Notes under the pieces: model-generated
What the model saw: only the letters and a program-made list of their open reading frames with translations
What the model was told of the DNA's origin: nothing
The model's database searches: none
Assembly: GCF_018350175.1 (NCBI RefSeq)
Contig: NC_058368.1
Location: forward strand, 217,994,001 to 218,058,000
From: Felis catus
Lineage: Eukaryota
DNA: 64,000 bases
Direction: 5' to 3'
Made by a program: the position numbers and the translations under genes
Part shown: positions 49,750 to 62,281 of the stretch, one piece after another
Layout of the letters: every line of letters begins with the position of its first letter
Numbering within the stretch: position 1 is the stretch's first letter

Positions 49750-51294
49750 AACAGAACATATTTTTAAATTATTGAAATGTCACATTTCAAAATGTCAAAA
49801 TTAACACATTCACACAAGTATACAATCAAATTTGCAATAAAATGTCAATACATTTAAAGAGTTACCATTTCTTGCCTTAAATGCATACCAGAGTGTAAAA
49901 GATAACTGGCTCTAATCAGCAGAGCATCTGTATATGAACTTTCCTCAAAGATCTTTGCAGAGCCTGGCGTTAACTTTTAAAAGCATATTTCTATGTGCTA
50001 TGTTAGCTACTCATTGCTTGAATATTACATGAATACAATAGCAGACTGTTTTTCTTCACCATAAAAGTTTAGAAAAGTACAGGGTAAGACTGAATTTAGT
50101 CAATTATTTTTATATACTTATGTACAAAAAGGCAACAAGATATTCAGAAGGCCATGATAGATTGCTCATTTATTACTTTGTCTAAAGAAACTTTCTAGTC
50201 CAATAAGCCAAGGGCATCATAACAACTCCTTCAGATATTATTAACAAAGAAACTCTAGAAAACTGATAACCATTCCTTACAAGTGCACACAGAAGGAGAT
50301 TAGGGATGGCTTTGCCGAATCAGCATAGTATTATGAACTGACAATCAGCCTGCAGAAGACAGCTCATTAACAACCTAAACCACGAAAACACCACAGAGAA
50401 GTAAAGATCTCCATGGGTGACATGGGGCTGAAAGCTGTCAGTGAATACTGCTTCTTCTTCAGTGCAATTGCCTTTAAAAGAAAAGTTAATGGGAAGAAAT
50501 AGCAAACCAGATCAATAAAATCAGCATGACCTTCAAGATGGCAGGAGGCAGAACATGTTATCTAACCAAGTTAATGGTTTCTTGAGCAGTCACAGACGCC
50601 ACTTATTGGAGGACAGTGTTATTTGTATCTGACATGGACATTACATACACAACTGTGAAACATAATTATTTAAGAATTGACCAAACATATTCTATATCTG
50701 ACAGGAAATCACAAAGAACCATCATTAAGGCCATCTAAAGATTAAAAAGTCAGAGGGTGATGCGGTTTTGCAGTCATATCGAATAAGACAAGAATTTTAA
50801 ATGAAAGAAAAGGTGTAGGTGTGGTATCTGCATGTTTTATGTTAGAAAAATAAAGAAATGGGAGTGTTTTCCCAAAGCATAGCTACGATTGGCAAGCTCA
50901 CGAAGAAGAAAATGTCAAATAACTAAGAAATATTTATTTTTATGATTCAAATATCTATATAACACCAATGAGTAAGTTTAAGCTCCACTAATTTCTATTA
51001 TATAATTCTTCATTTTCTTTGAATTTATAAAATCTTCAACATAAGTGAAAAGCACAAACGTAACCAGTAGTCCATTAAGGTATAAATAAATATACAAAAA
51101 TATTAGGATAAATAGATAGTAAGATATATTTATGTAGAAAATCTAAAATCTTGTTTATAAAATCAATACATATATATATACACTGATGTATAAAAGAAAT
51201 ATATATAGATATATGCACATAAAACACATTTGTCTATGTATATATATATGTATATATACATATTTTAAATAATATGTAAGAGGTTACTATATTT

Positions 51295-51503
51295 TTTTTT
51301 CAACGTTTATTTATTTTGGGGACAGAGAGAGACAGAGCATGAACGGGGGAGGGGCAGAGAGAGAGGGAGACACAGAATCGGAAACAGGCTCCAGGCTCTG
51401 AGCCATCAGGCCAGAGCCTGACGCGGGGCTCGAACTCCCGGACCGCGAGATCGTGACCTGGCTGAAGTCGGATGCTTAACCGACTGCGCCACCCAGGCGC
51501 CCC
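51295..51503 (-). mobile_element. Young felid Can-SINE
   Basis: Perfect 17-bp TSD AAGAGGTTACTATATTT at 51278-51294 and 51504-51520. Confidence 0.98.
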
Positions 51504-52263
51504 AAGAGGTTACTATATTTAAATATAAAATAGAATATCTGTTAGCAAGGGAGTACAAAAGGTTGACGTCACGTCAAATCTAAAAACACATCTCAGAAAA
51601 CATATCATTTTGTATTGTGCGTCATAACATTTGACATACATTTACTTGAACAAAAATAATAGATAAATATAAAACAAGTTCAAATGCCAGAAATACACTT
51701 ACAATAAAATTTTGACATAAAACACTTGTGAGCGTTGAAACCAAAAGTGCAATTTAAAAAGATATTTCATTCTATAGAAAAATCTGAAACAACAAATTGA
51801 GATACATATACATACTGTATACATACATGGATTTCATCTATTGGCTTTTCCACATAAATCTATGAATTAAATATAACATGACCATTGAAAAACATACCTC
51901 AAGTGCAAGTATAGCATTTTTGGGGGTAGAAAATAGGCATGTGTAAAAATATTATACTTCAAAAAACACCACAATTGATACTTTTCTAAAATCACAGTGA
52001 ATTTCTTCTTTGGATCCTACTGCAAATCCTAAAGGTCTTTCTTCACATATAAAGAAATAGAGATTCTAAGCAAATGACACTCACTTGAATCAAAAGTATT
52101 TTGAAACAAGTGATCATACAGAAAATTCATACTTGCAGAATAAGAGTGTCTCATGGCACTAAAGAGAAGCTGCATTGTTTTAAAAAAGAGCTCATGAGGT
52201 CAACTTGTTCTTAAGAAATAAACATTAGACTTATTATTTTTTTTTTAAAAAAAGGAATGTCCT

Positions 52264-52418
52264 GGGGTGGCTGGGTGTCTCAGTCAGCTCACAGTCATGA
52301 TCTCACTGCTCCTGGGTTTGAACCCTAAGTCAGGCTCTATGCTGATAGCTCACAGCTCAGAGCTCAGAGCCTGGAGCCTGCTTCAGATTCTGTCTCCATC
52401 TCTCTGTCCCTCTCTCTC

Positions 52419-52461
<43 letters not shown>

Positions 52462-52492
52462 AAAATAAATAAAGATTTAAAAAAAATTTTTA
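52264..52492 (+). mobile_element. Can-SINE with internal deletions and expanded (CT)n
   Basis: GGGGTGGCTGGGTGTCTCAGTC head; TSD AAAGGAATGTCCT/AAAGGAATTTCCT. Confidence 0.9.
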
Positions 52493-53087
52493 AAGGAATT
52501 TCCTAATTAGTCAAGAATATCATTCAACCCTCCTCCTCCTGCCCCCCACAACACAAACTTTTTTTTTTAATAGTTGGTTCAGGGAAAAATGTCTTCTATA
52601 AATATTAATAAGTTAAAAATAAACAATATAAATTCAAAAATAAAAAGGAACTTAAAAAACTGTGAAATATGAAGCATTCTTACCAAGAAAAATAATATTG
52701 CTTTTGGGTGCGTTAATATTGCCAACAAACATGCCATCATTACACAAACGTCATAATGAAGCTGTGTCCTATACAAACACTTTTAAAAGGTAAACTACAA
52801 TATATCAAGGAAGAGATGGTAAGATACCAGAGATAGAAGTTGCATTGGCATAATTAGGAAGAGAGGTTAAAAAAAGTAGATTGCCCCCCCCTAAAATTAA
52901 GGCAAGCCTTAAAAGATCAAATGGAAGAGATTTAAAAAACAAAAACAAACAAACAAACAAACAAACAAAAACAGTAAGTAACATTGTAAAATTCCAGGCT
53001 ATGTTACTAAAGACACCATCTAAAACAGACACCATCTAAAACAGACACCGTCTTTGTTTTCTAATTGGAAAGGTTTTAATTATAAGG

Positions 53088-53607
53088 CAGTGGTTCTCAA
53101 ATTTTCTTCTCAGAAATATTTTATACTCTTAAAAACAATTGAGAACCCAGAGATTATGATGATGTGAAATTTTTTTAGTAATATTACCATACCTGAAATT
53201 AAAATGGAGATTGATTATTTATTTAAAAATAACCGTGATAAGCCAAGCATGTGTTAACATCAATAACCTTTTTTTTTTTTATTTCAGACACATTTCCAGT
53301 ACAAAAAAATTGTGAGAGGAATGGCTTCATTTACATTAATGTCTCCCTTCATTATAGACAGGTGGATTCTTGTATCTGCTTCTGCCTTCAATGTTATACC
53401 ATGTTATTTTGGTGGAATGGCTTTAAAAAAATCCATTCCCACAGAGATAAATCGTTAGAAAGGAGCAAGATTTTTTTCAAAGACTTCTGAGATAATTGTG
53501 GATATTCTTTGATTCTACACTGAATGTGATATAGAATCTAATCAATGATAATATCCATCAGTCTATCTCGTGCTTTGAATGGACTTTTAGTCAAAAATGA
53601 TTTTTTC
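53088..53607. mobile_element. hAT-Charlie (Charlie1-like) DNA transposon end fragment
   Basis: CAGTGGTTCTCAAATTTT...TACTCTTAAAAACAATTGAGAACCCAGAGA terminus and AAAAATTGTGAGAGGAATGGC internal text. Confidence 0.75.
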
Positions 53608-54403
53608 CCGTATTGTCTCATTATCCATCCTTCCTAATTGTTAAAGCTTACATTATCTACTTGTGGTGTGACCGGCTGTGTACGATGACTAGATAATGCA
53701 GTGACATGGCATTGATTGCATAAGAAGGTCTCAAACCAGGACCTATGATGCTACATGTGGGTAAAATAGCTCATCACAAAGAAGTTTTTGAAAATATTTA
53801 TATTAAAAAGTATATACCAGAATTAATCAGAAATGTGGCTGGGCTATAAGAAATCTGAAAAGCTTAGTCTTACCCTGAGATTACAGACTCCACTCTACTC
53901 ATGCTGGCAACCAGTGGGAGAGTGACTGCTCATAAGGGTATGTGGTAGGGAGACACAGGAATGTGTGTTCACGAATATTCCTTAGGCTGACACCTACAAA
54001 TAACTAAGGTAAAACTCATTTTCTGCATATTTTACGTGTGCATCAGAATGCTTATTTTTGCCAATCCTTAAATCTAGAACTGACTCAAGTGGTAAGGGAG
54101 TGGCCTCTCTTAAATCTTTTATGCCTTCATACTTGACCAAAAAAGTGTTGGGTTTTTTTTTTTGTTTTTTTGTTTTTTTTTTTTTTTTTTTTTGGAAATA
54201 GCATACAACCTTTTGTGGAATGTGGCACAATGTATGCATAGGAAGAGTTATCTCCAGCATTCTACAACAGTTATGTATTTTTAAGAAATGTAAGTCAAAA
54301 GTCAGCTAAGCTTTTTAAAACCCACTCATAGCTTAATAACAGTAAATACTGCTGAAGTTACTGTATTTCTCCCTCAGAAATTATTGCATATGCTTAAAAA
54401 TAT

Positions 54404-54622
54404 GGGGCGCCTGGGTGGCGCAGTCGGTTAAGCATCCGACTTCAGCCAGGTCACGATCTCGTGGTCCGTGAGTTCGAGCCCCGCGTCGGGCTCTGGGCTG
54501 ATGGCTCGGAGCCTGGAGCCTGTTTCCGATTCTGTGTCTCCCTCTCTCTCTGCCCCTCCCCCGTTCATGCTCTGTCTCTCTCTGTCCCAAAAATAAATAA
54601 AAACGTTGAAAAAAAATTTTTT
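54404..54622 (+). mobile_element. Young felid Can-SINE
   Basis: Near-consensus; TSD TTAAAAATAT on both sides. Confidence 0.97.
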
Positions 54623-55786
54623 TTAAAAATATACAAGCTGTGTAAAATAAATGGGAACTTCAATTTCTTCTAGAGAATATTCTAAGCTAGATTCTTGGGT
54701 TAAAAGTTTCAATGGGTAGCTAATGATATTCAATATTCCATGATATGATTATAAATGATAATATAAAAGATATAGTAAAATTGAATTTTGACCTCATATT
54801 CACCTCTGAATAAAAATGATAAAAGACCATGGGGACTAGGGAATTTAAACTGAAGGAAAAAAATCAATAAAATTAAGTAGACTTTTCTCAGTAGCCTGGA
54901 GTGTATCTTTGTGCTTAAGCTGCATTTAAAGTCTCTTTTTTTTTCTTTCTGCATTGGCAAAACGGTCTTTAAGTTATTATAGAAATAAAAATCTTTCATA
55001 CTCATTTCAAGTTAATATCTTTGAAGGAAATTTAGCTTCCCAGAGTTCCTGCTCTCTTATTTAAAGATACTTCAATAATTATTGAAATAACTACAAATCA
55101 CACTTTAAAAGGTGATTTTTCTACTTATTTACTAATTTCTAATCTAGTTTAAAAAGATCCCCCCTTTGGAATCTTAGCAATTACTTATTTTTTTCAAATT
55201 TTTTAATCTTTTCAGTTGCGTATTTATCTAGGTCATAAATATTGGTATAGATATTTTTAATATCTTGCTACAGTCACTTCATGCTAAAGCAGTTCTGATT
55301 TTTGATAGTTATTATATTCCAGGTTATTGAATATATATTTGTATATGTACATAACTATAATTATGCATATATATATACACACATATATACATCTCTTTAA
55401 ATATATACTTTAATTTGAAAGCTGTATATGCTTAAATTTTGAAGCTTGAATTTGACATATGAGGAATAAAAGTCATACCCAAATGATACCCTTGCTAAAA
55501 AAGTCCTATTAGCCCATGGTCTCACTTCATCCATAGGTATACTCCATTTGATTTAATTATCAACATTAAGTGATAAGATTTTACTTAAATACTCCATAGG
55601 CATTTGAAGTTTTGACTTTAGTTTTCCTTTGGTTTATATTGCTGAGAAAGATTAAGGAGGTAGGAAACAAGCAGGTTTCCCATTGTTTAAAAATTAAATA
55701 TTTCAATGTGCCAACAGAGGAAGTTCCTGTGATTCAGGTTTTTTTTGTTTGCTTGTTTGTTTTAAGGTTCACAATTATTATATAAT

Positions 55787-56137
55787 TGTCTTAGCTCAGA
55801 CTATTATAACAAAACACCAAGGACTGGTTGGCCTAAACAACAGACATTTATTTCTCACAGTTCTGGAGGCCGGGAAGTCTGGTTCCTGGTGAGAGCACTC
55901 TGGATCTGCAGACAGAAGTCTTTGCCATGTGCACTCACATATCAGAGGGAAAAGAGCTCTCTCACACCTATTCTTATACAGTTACTAATTCCATTGTGAG
56001 GGCTCCACCCCAATGACTTCATCTACACCGGACTATATCCCAGAGGCACCATCTCCTAATACCATCATATTGCGAATTAGGGCTTCAAAATTCAAAATAC
56101 GAATTTTGGGGGGCACACAAACATTCAGTCTACGATA
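55787..56137 (-). mobile_element. MaLR solo LTR (MLT1A-like)
   Basis: TGTCTTAGCTCAGACTATTATAACAAAACACC...TTTCTCACAGTTCTGGAGGC...CACAAACATTCAGTC. Confidence 0.9.
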
Positions 56138-57733
56138 ATTCCCATGAAAAGCTATCTCCTTTTCTATTCCTTAATATCCTAAAGGCAATATAAAAGGGTT
56201 TCTAATAACTTTCAGAACAGGGGATCCTAAATATCATTCAAAATGATTGTGAAGATGTGATCTTATTTAAAACAACCCTAACATTAAAACATCCTTTTAC
56301 CTTCTCTGTATCTCTATATTATATAGAATCAATGAGCATAACATCACCCTCTAGATAAGGTTTAAAAATAAGGTAAACAAAGGAATGAGACATAACTGAA
56401 CACAGGTTTTACAAAGCACAGAACCACAAAAGTGTGAGGTAAAGAAAAATGGTCACACTAAATTGAATGATTTATTACATTCATGTTTTCTAAAATAGTA
56501 GCACTTCTAGTCCCTCTCATCAAGCAACCATAAAATCAATATCATATTTCCATATAATTTCAAAGCATAGCTCCTGTTAAACTTGGGGAAATTTGTGGAA
56601 TCTGCTGTTCCTGTCACCAGGAAATCTGTTCTTGAGAGAAAATATTCTCATAAAATCTCATCTCATTATGCTAAGCCTACACATTGCTTATAGGGTAAAA
56701 AACAGATTCTTCTGCTGACCCCATCAGAAACCGATAGGTTCCCTTACGGAGATGGCATCACTCTGGTAAACCACATTGTTGTCACTAATATGGCAATGTT
56801 CCAAGAATTACTTACATCAAGAAGCATAACCAAGAAACAAAATTTGTAAATGTACACAGTGACAGTGGTTTTTGGAAAGCCATTTTGCTTTGACAAAATA
56901 CATCTCACACTCCTTTGCTTAGATTTAGTGACTATGGGTTCTGAGAAATAACCACATGGTGAATCCTGTGACTTTACTAAAGTCACACTGGAGTAAGACG
57001 ACAGAAGCAGCAGTAAATAATATGAAAAATTAAACAGCATTTTATATGCATGATCTGATTCAATCTTCTCGGTTTATAAATTACAAATTTAATGAATGAA
57101 AATTTTAATAAATTGAAAGTTGCTGCTCTCCTTTCACCAGGATGGAAACTGAGCTTTACAGTTATGTAAGTAACATCAACGGAAGATATAAATCTAGTAA
57201 GGGCCAACAGAACAATCTGGTTTAATCTCATTTCAGTAACATGTTCTATTAGTAACTTTACTATCCTTCTTCCTTCTAGAGAATGCCGAGTTAAGACTTC
57301 TGACAGACAACACATTCTGGTACATGAAATTATAGATCCAGAACCCTTCAAAATAGCATCAGAATAGCTTCCACTTTGTTTCCACTTTTGTTTCTTTGGA
57401 TTGACTCTGGTTATCCTGTTCTTACTCCAAATATTTACGAACTCAGACCATTCTCTTCCGTGTCTGTCTCCTCTTTCAATTCCTCCTCCCACTTCCTCTT
57501 CTTCCTTAACCTTTTTAAAGATTCCCTTATAAAGAACTATACGACAGATGAACCTTTATTTACCTCAAGGGGTTTATTTCTGTATTCATTTCTGAACAAA
57601 ACTTTCTTCTCTTCTCCATTTTTGTGCAGTGTAAGCAATCCAAAGAAGACTGTTTTCCACATGCAGGTTGGGCAAATGCAGAATCAGTGCAATTAGTTTA
57701 CGAGTAAACTGTTCCAAAATGATTAAGTTATTT

Positions 57734-57770
57734 TATGTATGTATGTATGTATGTATGTATGTATGTATGT
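57734..57770 (+). repeat. (TATG)n microsatellite
   Basis: Directly visible. Confidence 0.95.
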
Positions 57771-57801
57771 ACGTATTTATTTATGGCTGAACAATAGTCT
57801 A

Positions 57802-58095
57802 TTTTTTTTTTTATTCTCAAGTTAGTTAACATACAGCGCAGTCTTGGCTTCAGAAGTAGAACCCAGTGATTCATCATTTACATATAACATCCAGTGCTCA
57901 TCCCAACATGTGCCCTCCTTAATGCCCATCCCCTCACCCCTCCACCCCCATCAACCTCAGTTTGTCTTCTGTATTTAAGAGTCTCTTGTGGTTTGCCTCC
58001 CTTTTTTGTTTTTATCTTATTTTTCCTTCCCTTCTATGTTTATCTGTTAAGTTTCTTGAATTCCATGTATGAGTGAAATCCTATGATATTTCTTT
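57802..58095 (-). mobile_element. 5'-truncated carnivore L1 3' end
   Basis: T tail then CAAGTTAGTTAACATACAG...CCAGTGCTCATCCCAACATGTGCCCTCCTTAATGCCCATC...TTTAAGAGTCTCTTGTGGTTTG. Confidence 0.9.
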
Positions 58096-58287
58096 GTTTT
58101 CAGAGAGACAGAGAGTGCAAACAAGGCGGGGAGAAGGCAGAGAGAGAAGAAGAGAGATAATCCCAAGCAGGCTCCATATCATTAGCACACAGCCCAATGT
58201 GAGGCCCGAACTCAGGAACCATGAGATCATGACTTGACCTGAGATCAAGAGTTGAATGCTTAAACGACTGAACACCTAGACACGTCC
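58096..58287 (-). mobile_element. Can-SINE lacking a normal A tail, fused to the L1 end
   Basis: AATCCCAAGCAGGCTCCATATC...GAGATCATGACTTGACCTGAGATCAAGAG. Confidence 0.88.
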
Positions 58288-58869
58288 CCCCGCAAATGAT
58301 AGTTTTATGCCATTATTTTTCTGTACTCTTATTCCCCTTCCTGTCTCTGCCAAAGCAGAATGATGTACATATATTTAATCAACTTATTTAAATTATTACT
58401 TCCCTGTCATTTGCTGCCTTCTTAAGTTCTTGCTTAGCAAGAAACTTGATATTGTTTCCTTTACTTTGTAACAGTAATACTTTATAATAATAATTATAGG
58501 CACTTTGGGGTGGAAGATTGTTTAACTGAAGAGATATATAACCAATTTCTTGAATATAAGGAACACTAAAACTTCTCAGTATTTAAATACAAACAGCAGG
58601 AATTTATCATATTAGTAACACTGGTTAGACCTTACATTTCTAGACTGCTAACCTAGATGCTAAATATATACGGTAAAGTCTCTCAAGATTATTCTAAGCA
58701 GGCTCAAAGCATCAATTGTGTAAACTGTGAGGTCCTGAAATGACAGAGTGAGCCTAAGTGACTGCTAACTATCTGACTGCAAATTCTAGGATACAGAAAG
58801 CGAATATGGAATTCTGGGTTCATGATTACTTAGTTTCACTGTACCTTTACTATAGGTATTATTTTAAAT

Positions 58870-59081
58870 TTTTTTTTTCAACGTTTATTTATTTTTGGGA
58901 CAGAGAGAGACAGAGCATGAAGGGGGGAGGGGCAGAGAGAGAGGGAGACACAGAATCGGAAAGAGGCTCCAGGCTCCGAGCCATCAGCCCAGAGCCCGAC
59001 GCGGGGCTCGAACTCCCGGACTGCGAGATCGTGACCTGGCTGAAGTCGGATGCTTAACCGACTGCGCCACCCAGGCGCCCC
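58870..59081 (-). mobile_element. Young felid Can-SINE
   Basis: TSD TATAGGTATTATTTTAAAT at 58851-58869 and 59084-59102. Confidence 0.98.
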
Positions 59082-60101
59082 AGTATAGGTATTATTTTAA
59101 ATATATATAAATAACTAAATAGTTAATGTGGCCTACTCTACCAGTAGAGTTGTTTAGATACAAGCAAATAGACTGTTTACCAGTCCACAATATTGACACA
59201 GTTGTTGTATTTCGGTTTTAGCATCATCATTTGTCCATTTATTTTACTCTACAAATATTTCCAGAACCATATGTGCAATCATTCTCAATCCCTCTTTCAT
59301 TCCCCGCCAATGGCCTGTTTAAGAAAACACAAACATATCTTTATCTCAGAATCTTTCTATTTCACATCACTCTATTAAATGTGAACCAGAATGGGAATCA
59401 GAAATCTGTATTTCTCTTAATTTTCTGGTGTGGTGATTAATTTGTATTGTTTCATATATAGTTAGCTATCTTATGTATGAATTGTAGAAATATGTCATTG
59501 TACATCACAATTTACCAATTCTAATTTTGCATCTTGATAGTACCTTAAAAGATGCTAAGATACTATCTTTGGTGAATATCATCTTTTATTTCTAGGTGAA
59601 TTAATTAAAAATTTTCATAATTTCTGGAACAATTATAATGTGCAGCCAAAATGGAAAAACCACTGATAGCTCAAGTGGCAGTGAGAAAAATTTCTCTGGA
59701 GCCTTATTCTTGAATGCCCTGTGTCTTTCTTTGGTAATGGACAACTATCTGGGTTCTCTTACACTTACTTTGTTCACACTGTGCCATTCATGTAATAACA
59801 AAAATCTCATTAAACCCAAATATCTATTACTCCACTCCTATAAGATGAGAGGGAATTGAGCATTTAAACCAAACATCTCTATCCACATAGCAAAAAGTTT
59901 TCTCTCAAACTGTAACACAAAAATTTAGTGTGACAGAGGAGGTTTGTATAAAAATACCTCTTATATCCTACCACCTTCTTTCCTTTCTAGTTATAACTCC
60001 TTAAAATAAAACACATCTGAGTCTGGAATAATTCTGAAAATAGTATATATGTGTAGAGATTTTGGTTTAGTAATGTAAGTGATTAAGTTCATCTGTATTA
60101 A

Positions 60102-60320
60102 ACTGGGGGTCAATAAACTTTGCCAGTGGTCTAAATCTAACTCGTCAGCTGCTTTTGTAAATAAAGTTTTATTGGAACACACATTCCCAGTCCTTTACCT
60201 GTTGTCTACGGTTGCTTTCCTGCTAAAATGACAAAGTTGAATGATTGTCACAGACTGCATTGCCTGCCATGCTTAAAATATTGGTTATCTGACTCTTTAC
60301 GGAATGTCTGTCAACTCTGT
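60102..60320. mobile_element. MER58A-like hAT MITE
   Basis: GCTTTTGTAAATAAAGTTTTATTGGAACAC...GTCTACGGTTGCTTTCCTGCTA...AAAATATTGGTTATCTGACTCTTTAC. Confidence 0.85.
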
Positions 60321-60333
60321 ACTAAACGAAAAA

Positions 60334-60335
<2 letters not shown>

Positions 60336-60370
<35 letters not shown>
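60336..60370 (+). repeat. (CA)n microsatellite
   Basis: Directly visible. Confidence 0.97.
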
Positions 60371-60373
<3 letters not shown>

Positions 60374-60439
60374 ATGGACATATTTTTTTAAACACCTCCA
60401 ACAATGGTAGAGGATGTATGAGCTGAAAAATTATCATAG

Positions 60440-61179
60440 TGTAAGTGGCAAAAAATACCTGGATACATCAAAATAATTCCCTGAGAAGGATGCTACCCAA
60501 CTGATCTCCTACATCTGATCTTATCTACAAAACATCCCTACAAGGGATCTTTGGAATGACTTCAAGGATTTAAGACCATAATTTAATTCATGGCTAGGAA
60601 ACCATTTTTCTGCCTTGTAGAAAATGGATTCGACAAAACAATTATAATAGAAAATAAGTTGGAGAGTACACAGAAGAGAGTAAACATACTAGGTTTGAGA
60701 TTGCTTGGAAGGTTGTTCTTTGGATCAAAAGCTCAGAACTGGGATTTTGAGAGGGTTAAATGATAATGTTTCATCATGCCTAGACTGTGCAAAAGATTTA
60801 TACTCAATACTTTCTTTTAATCTGGAAGTCTGGAATTTTGATAAATTTTAGGTAGAAGGTGCCTATGTGACTACCTACCAATAATAAACCTTAAGTCTCT
60901 AATGGGCTTCCCTTTAGAAACATCACATACATGTTGGTGCATTTTCATTGCTTGAAGAATAATACTCTCTGTGAGCACTCACAGGAGGGTGAGAGCATAA
61001 AACAGCCTGAACACAAATTCCTCTAGAATTCAACCATGCCTTTTTCCATTATCATCTGACTATACACTCCTACTATGTCACTGTGATGAACCTTAGTAGT
61101 CAGTATAATTATATACAGAGTCTTGCGAGTCCTACTAACAAATCTTCAAAATGAGGGTTATTTGTGGAGCTCCAATACA
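60440..61179 (+). mobile_element. Old LTR (MER74/MER77/MER21-like)
   Basis: TGTAAG start; TCTGGAAGTCTGGAATTTTG...TGCCTATGTGAC...GTCTCTAATGGGCTTCCC...GAGTCTTGCGAGTCCTACTAACAAATC; ends AATACA. Confidence 0.65.
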
Positions 61180-61466
61180 AGAGGTATTGCAAAGAGCATA
61201 GCAAAATTATGGAAGTATAGAGAAGAACAAGGACAATGGAATGGAGAGAGGATACATTCATGGAACTGAATGATAAAACATCTCCTAGTTTCTTACTGGA
61301 AAAAAATAGTGTCTTAATAAATAAAATCAGAGAGGAAGATAGTATTATATTCCAGCACTAATCATAGAGAGCTCTATAATCAGGATTATCCAGATATTTT
61401 ATTGAAGGACAAAAGCAGGCTCAGAATATGCGCAGAAGACATACAAAAGAAGAATGTGGAAGACTT

Positions 61467-61681
61467 TTTCTAAAAAAAAAAATTAATTCTTATTTATTTG
61501 AGAGACAGAGAGAGCACAAGTAGGGGAGAGGCAGAGAGAGAGGGAGACACAGAATCCGAAGCAGGCTCCAGGTTCTGAGCTGTCAGCATGGAGTCTGACG
61601 AGGGGCTCAAATCCACAAACCATGAGATCATGACCTGAGCCGAAGTTGGACACTGAACCGACTGAGCCACCTAGGTGCCCC
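61467..61681 (-). mobile_element. Can-SINE
   Basis: Typical body ending CCTAGGTGCCCC; TSD AAGAATGTGGAAGA(C/T)T. Confidence 0.95.
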
Positions 61682-61698
61682 AAGAATGTGGAAGATTC

Positions 61699-61814
61699 CA
61701 GGGGGGTGGGATGGAAGGAAAAGTGGGTGATGGGCATTGAGGAGGGCACCTGTTGGGATGAGCACTGGGTGTTGTATGGAAACCAATTTGACAATAAATT
61801 TCATATTAAAAAAA
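61699..61814 (+). mobile_element. Very short 5'-truncated felid L1 3' end
   Basis: GGGTGATGGGCATTGAGGAGGGCACCTGTTGGGATGAGCACTGGGTGTTGTATGGAAACCAATTTGACAATAAATTTCATATT followed by poly(A). Confidence 0.93.
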
Positions 61815-62048
61815 AAGCATGTGGAAGATTTTAAGGAGTGGTTTCAGAGGGCCAATTTTGGGGAAAAAGCACTTAACTCAAATTCCACTGCCAACAAAAT
61901 AGAACCAAATAAGAGCTTTTGGTAAGAAGTAAAGCATGATATATAAGGAGTAAATTACACAGTAGGAGCAATAGGTAATGAGAAAGTAAGTAAATGGATC
62001 TGTCGTAAGAACGATTTCTATTACTGATCATGAAAACACCGTAACTCA

Positions 62049-62281
62049 GGGGCGCCTGGGTAGCACAGTCGGTTAAGCGTCCGACTTCAGCCAGGTCACG
62101 ATCTCGCAGTCCGTGAGTTCGAGCCCCGTGTCAGGCTCTGGGCTGATGGCTCGGAGCCTGGAGCCTGTTTCCGATTCTGTGTCTCCCTCTCTCTCTCTGC
62201 CCCTCCCCCGTTCATGCTCTGTCTTTCTCTCTGTCCCAAAATAAATAAAAAACGTTGAAAAAAAAATTTAAAAAAAAAAAA
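62049..62281 (+). mobile_element. Young felid Can-SINE
   Basis: Perfect 16-bp TSD GAAAACACCGTAACTC at 62032-62047 and 62282-62297. Confidence 0.98.

Noticed and set aside
50281..50471. Minus-strand exon-like segment (acceptor TTTTCTTTTAAAG, donor GTAAGG)
   Set aside because: All three frames contain stops and no peptide is recognisable; at most a non-coding exon, which sequence alone cannot support.
56744..57040. 98-aa minus-strand ORF with a signal-peptide-like start
   Set aside because: No recognisable family and no consistent splice phase; chance-level length in AT-rich DNA.
56983..57536. Minus-strand ORF of 169 aa and alternative frame FFIRESLKRLRKKRKWEEELKEETDTEENGLSS*
   Set aside because: Weak acceptor and no recognised protein; the charged peptide is explained by a purine-rich low-complexity tract. 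A TBLASTN hit would change this.
2706..62281. tRNA genes
   Set aside because: All tRNA-like A/B-box sequences are heads of Can-SINEs; no complete cloverleaf was seen.
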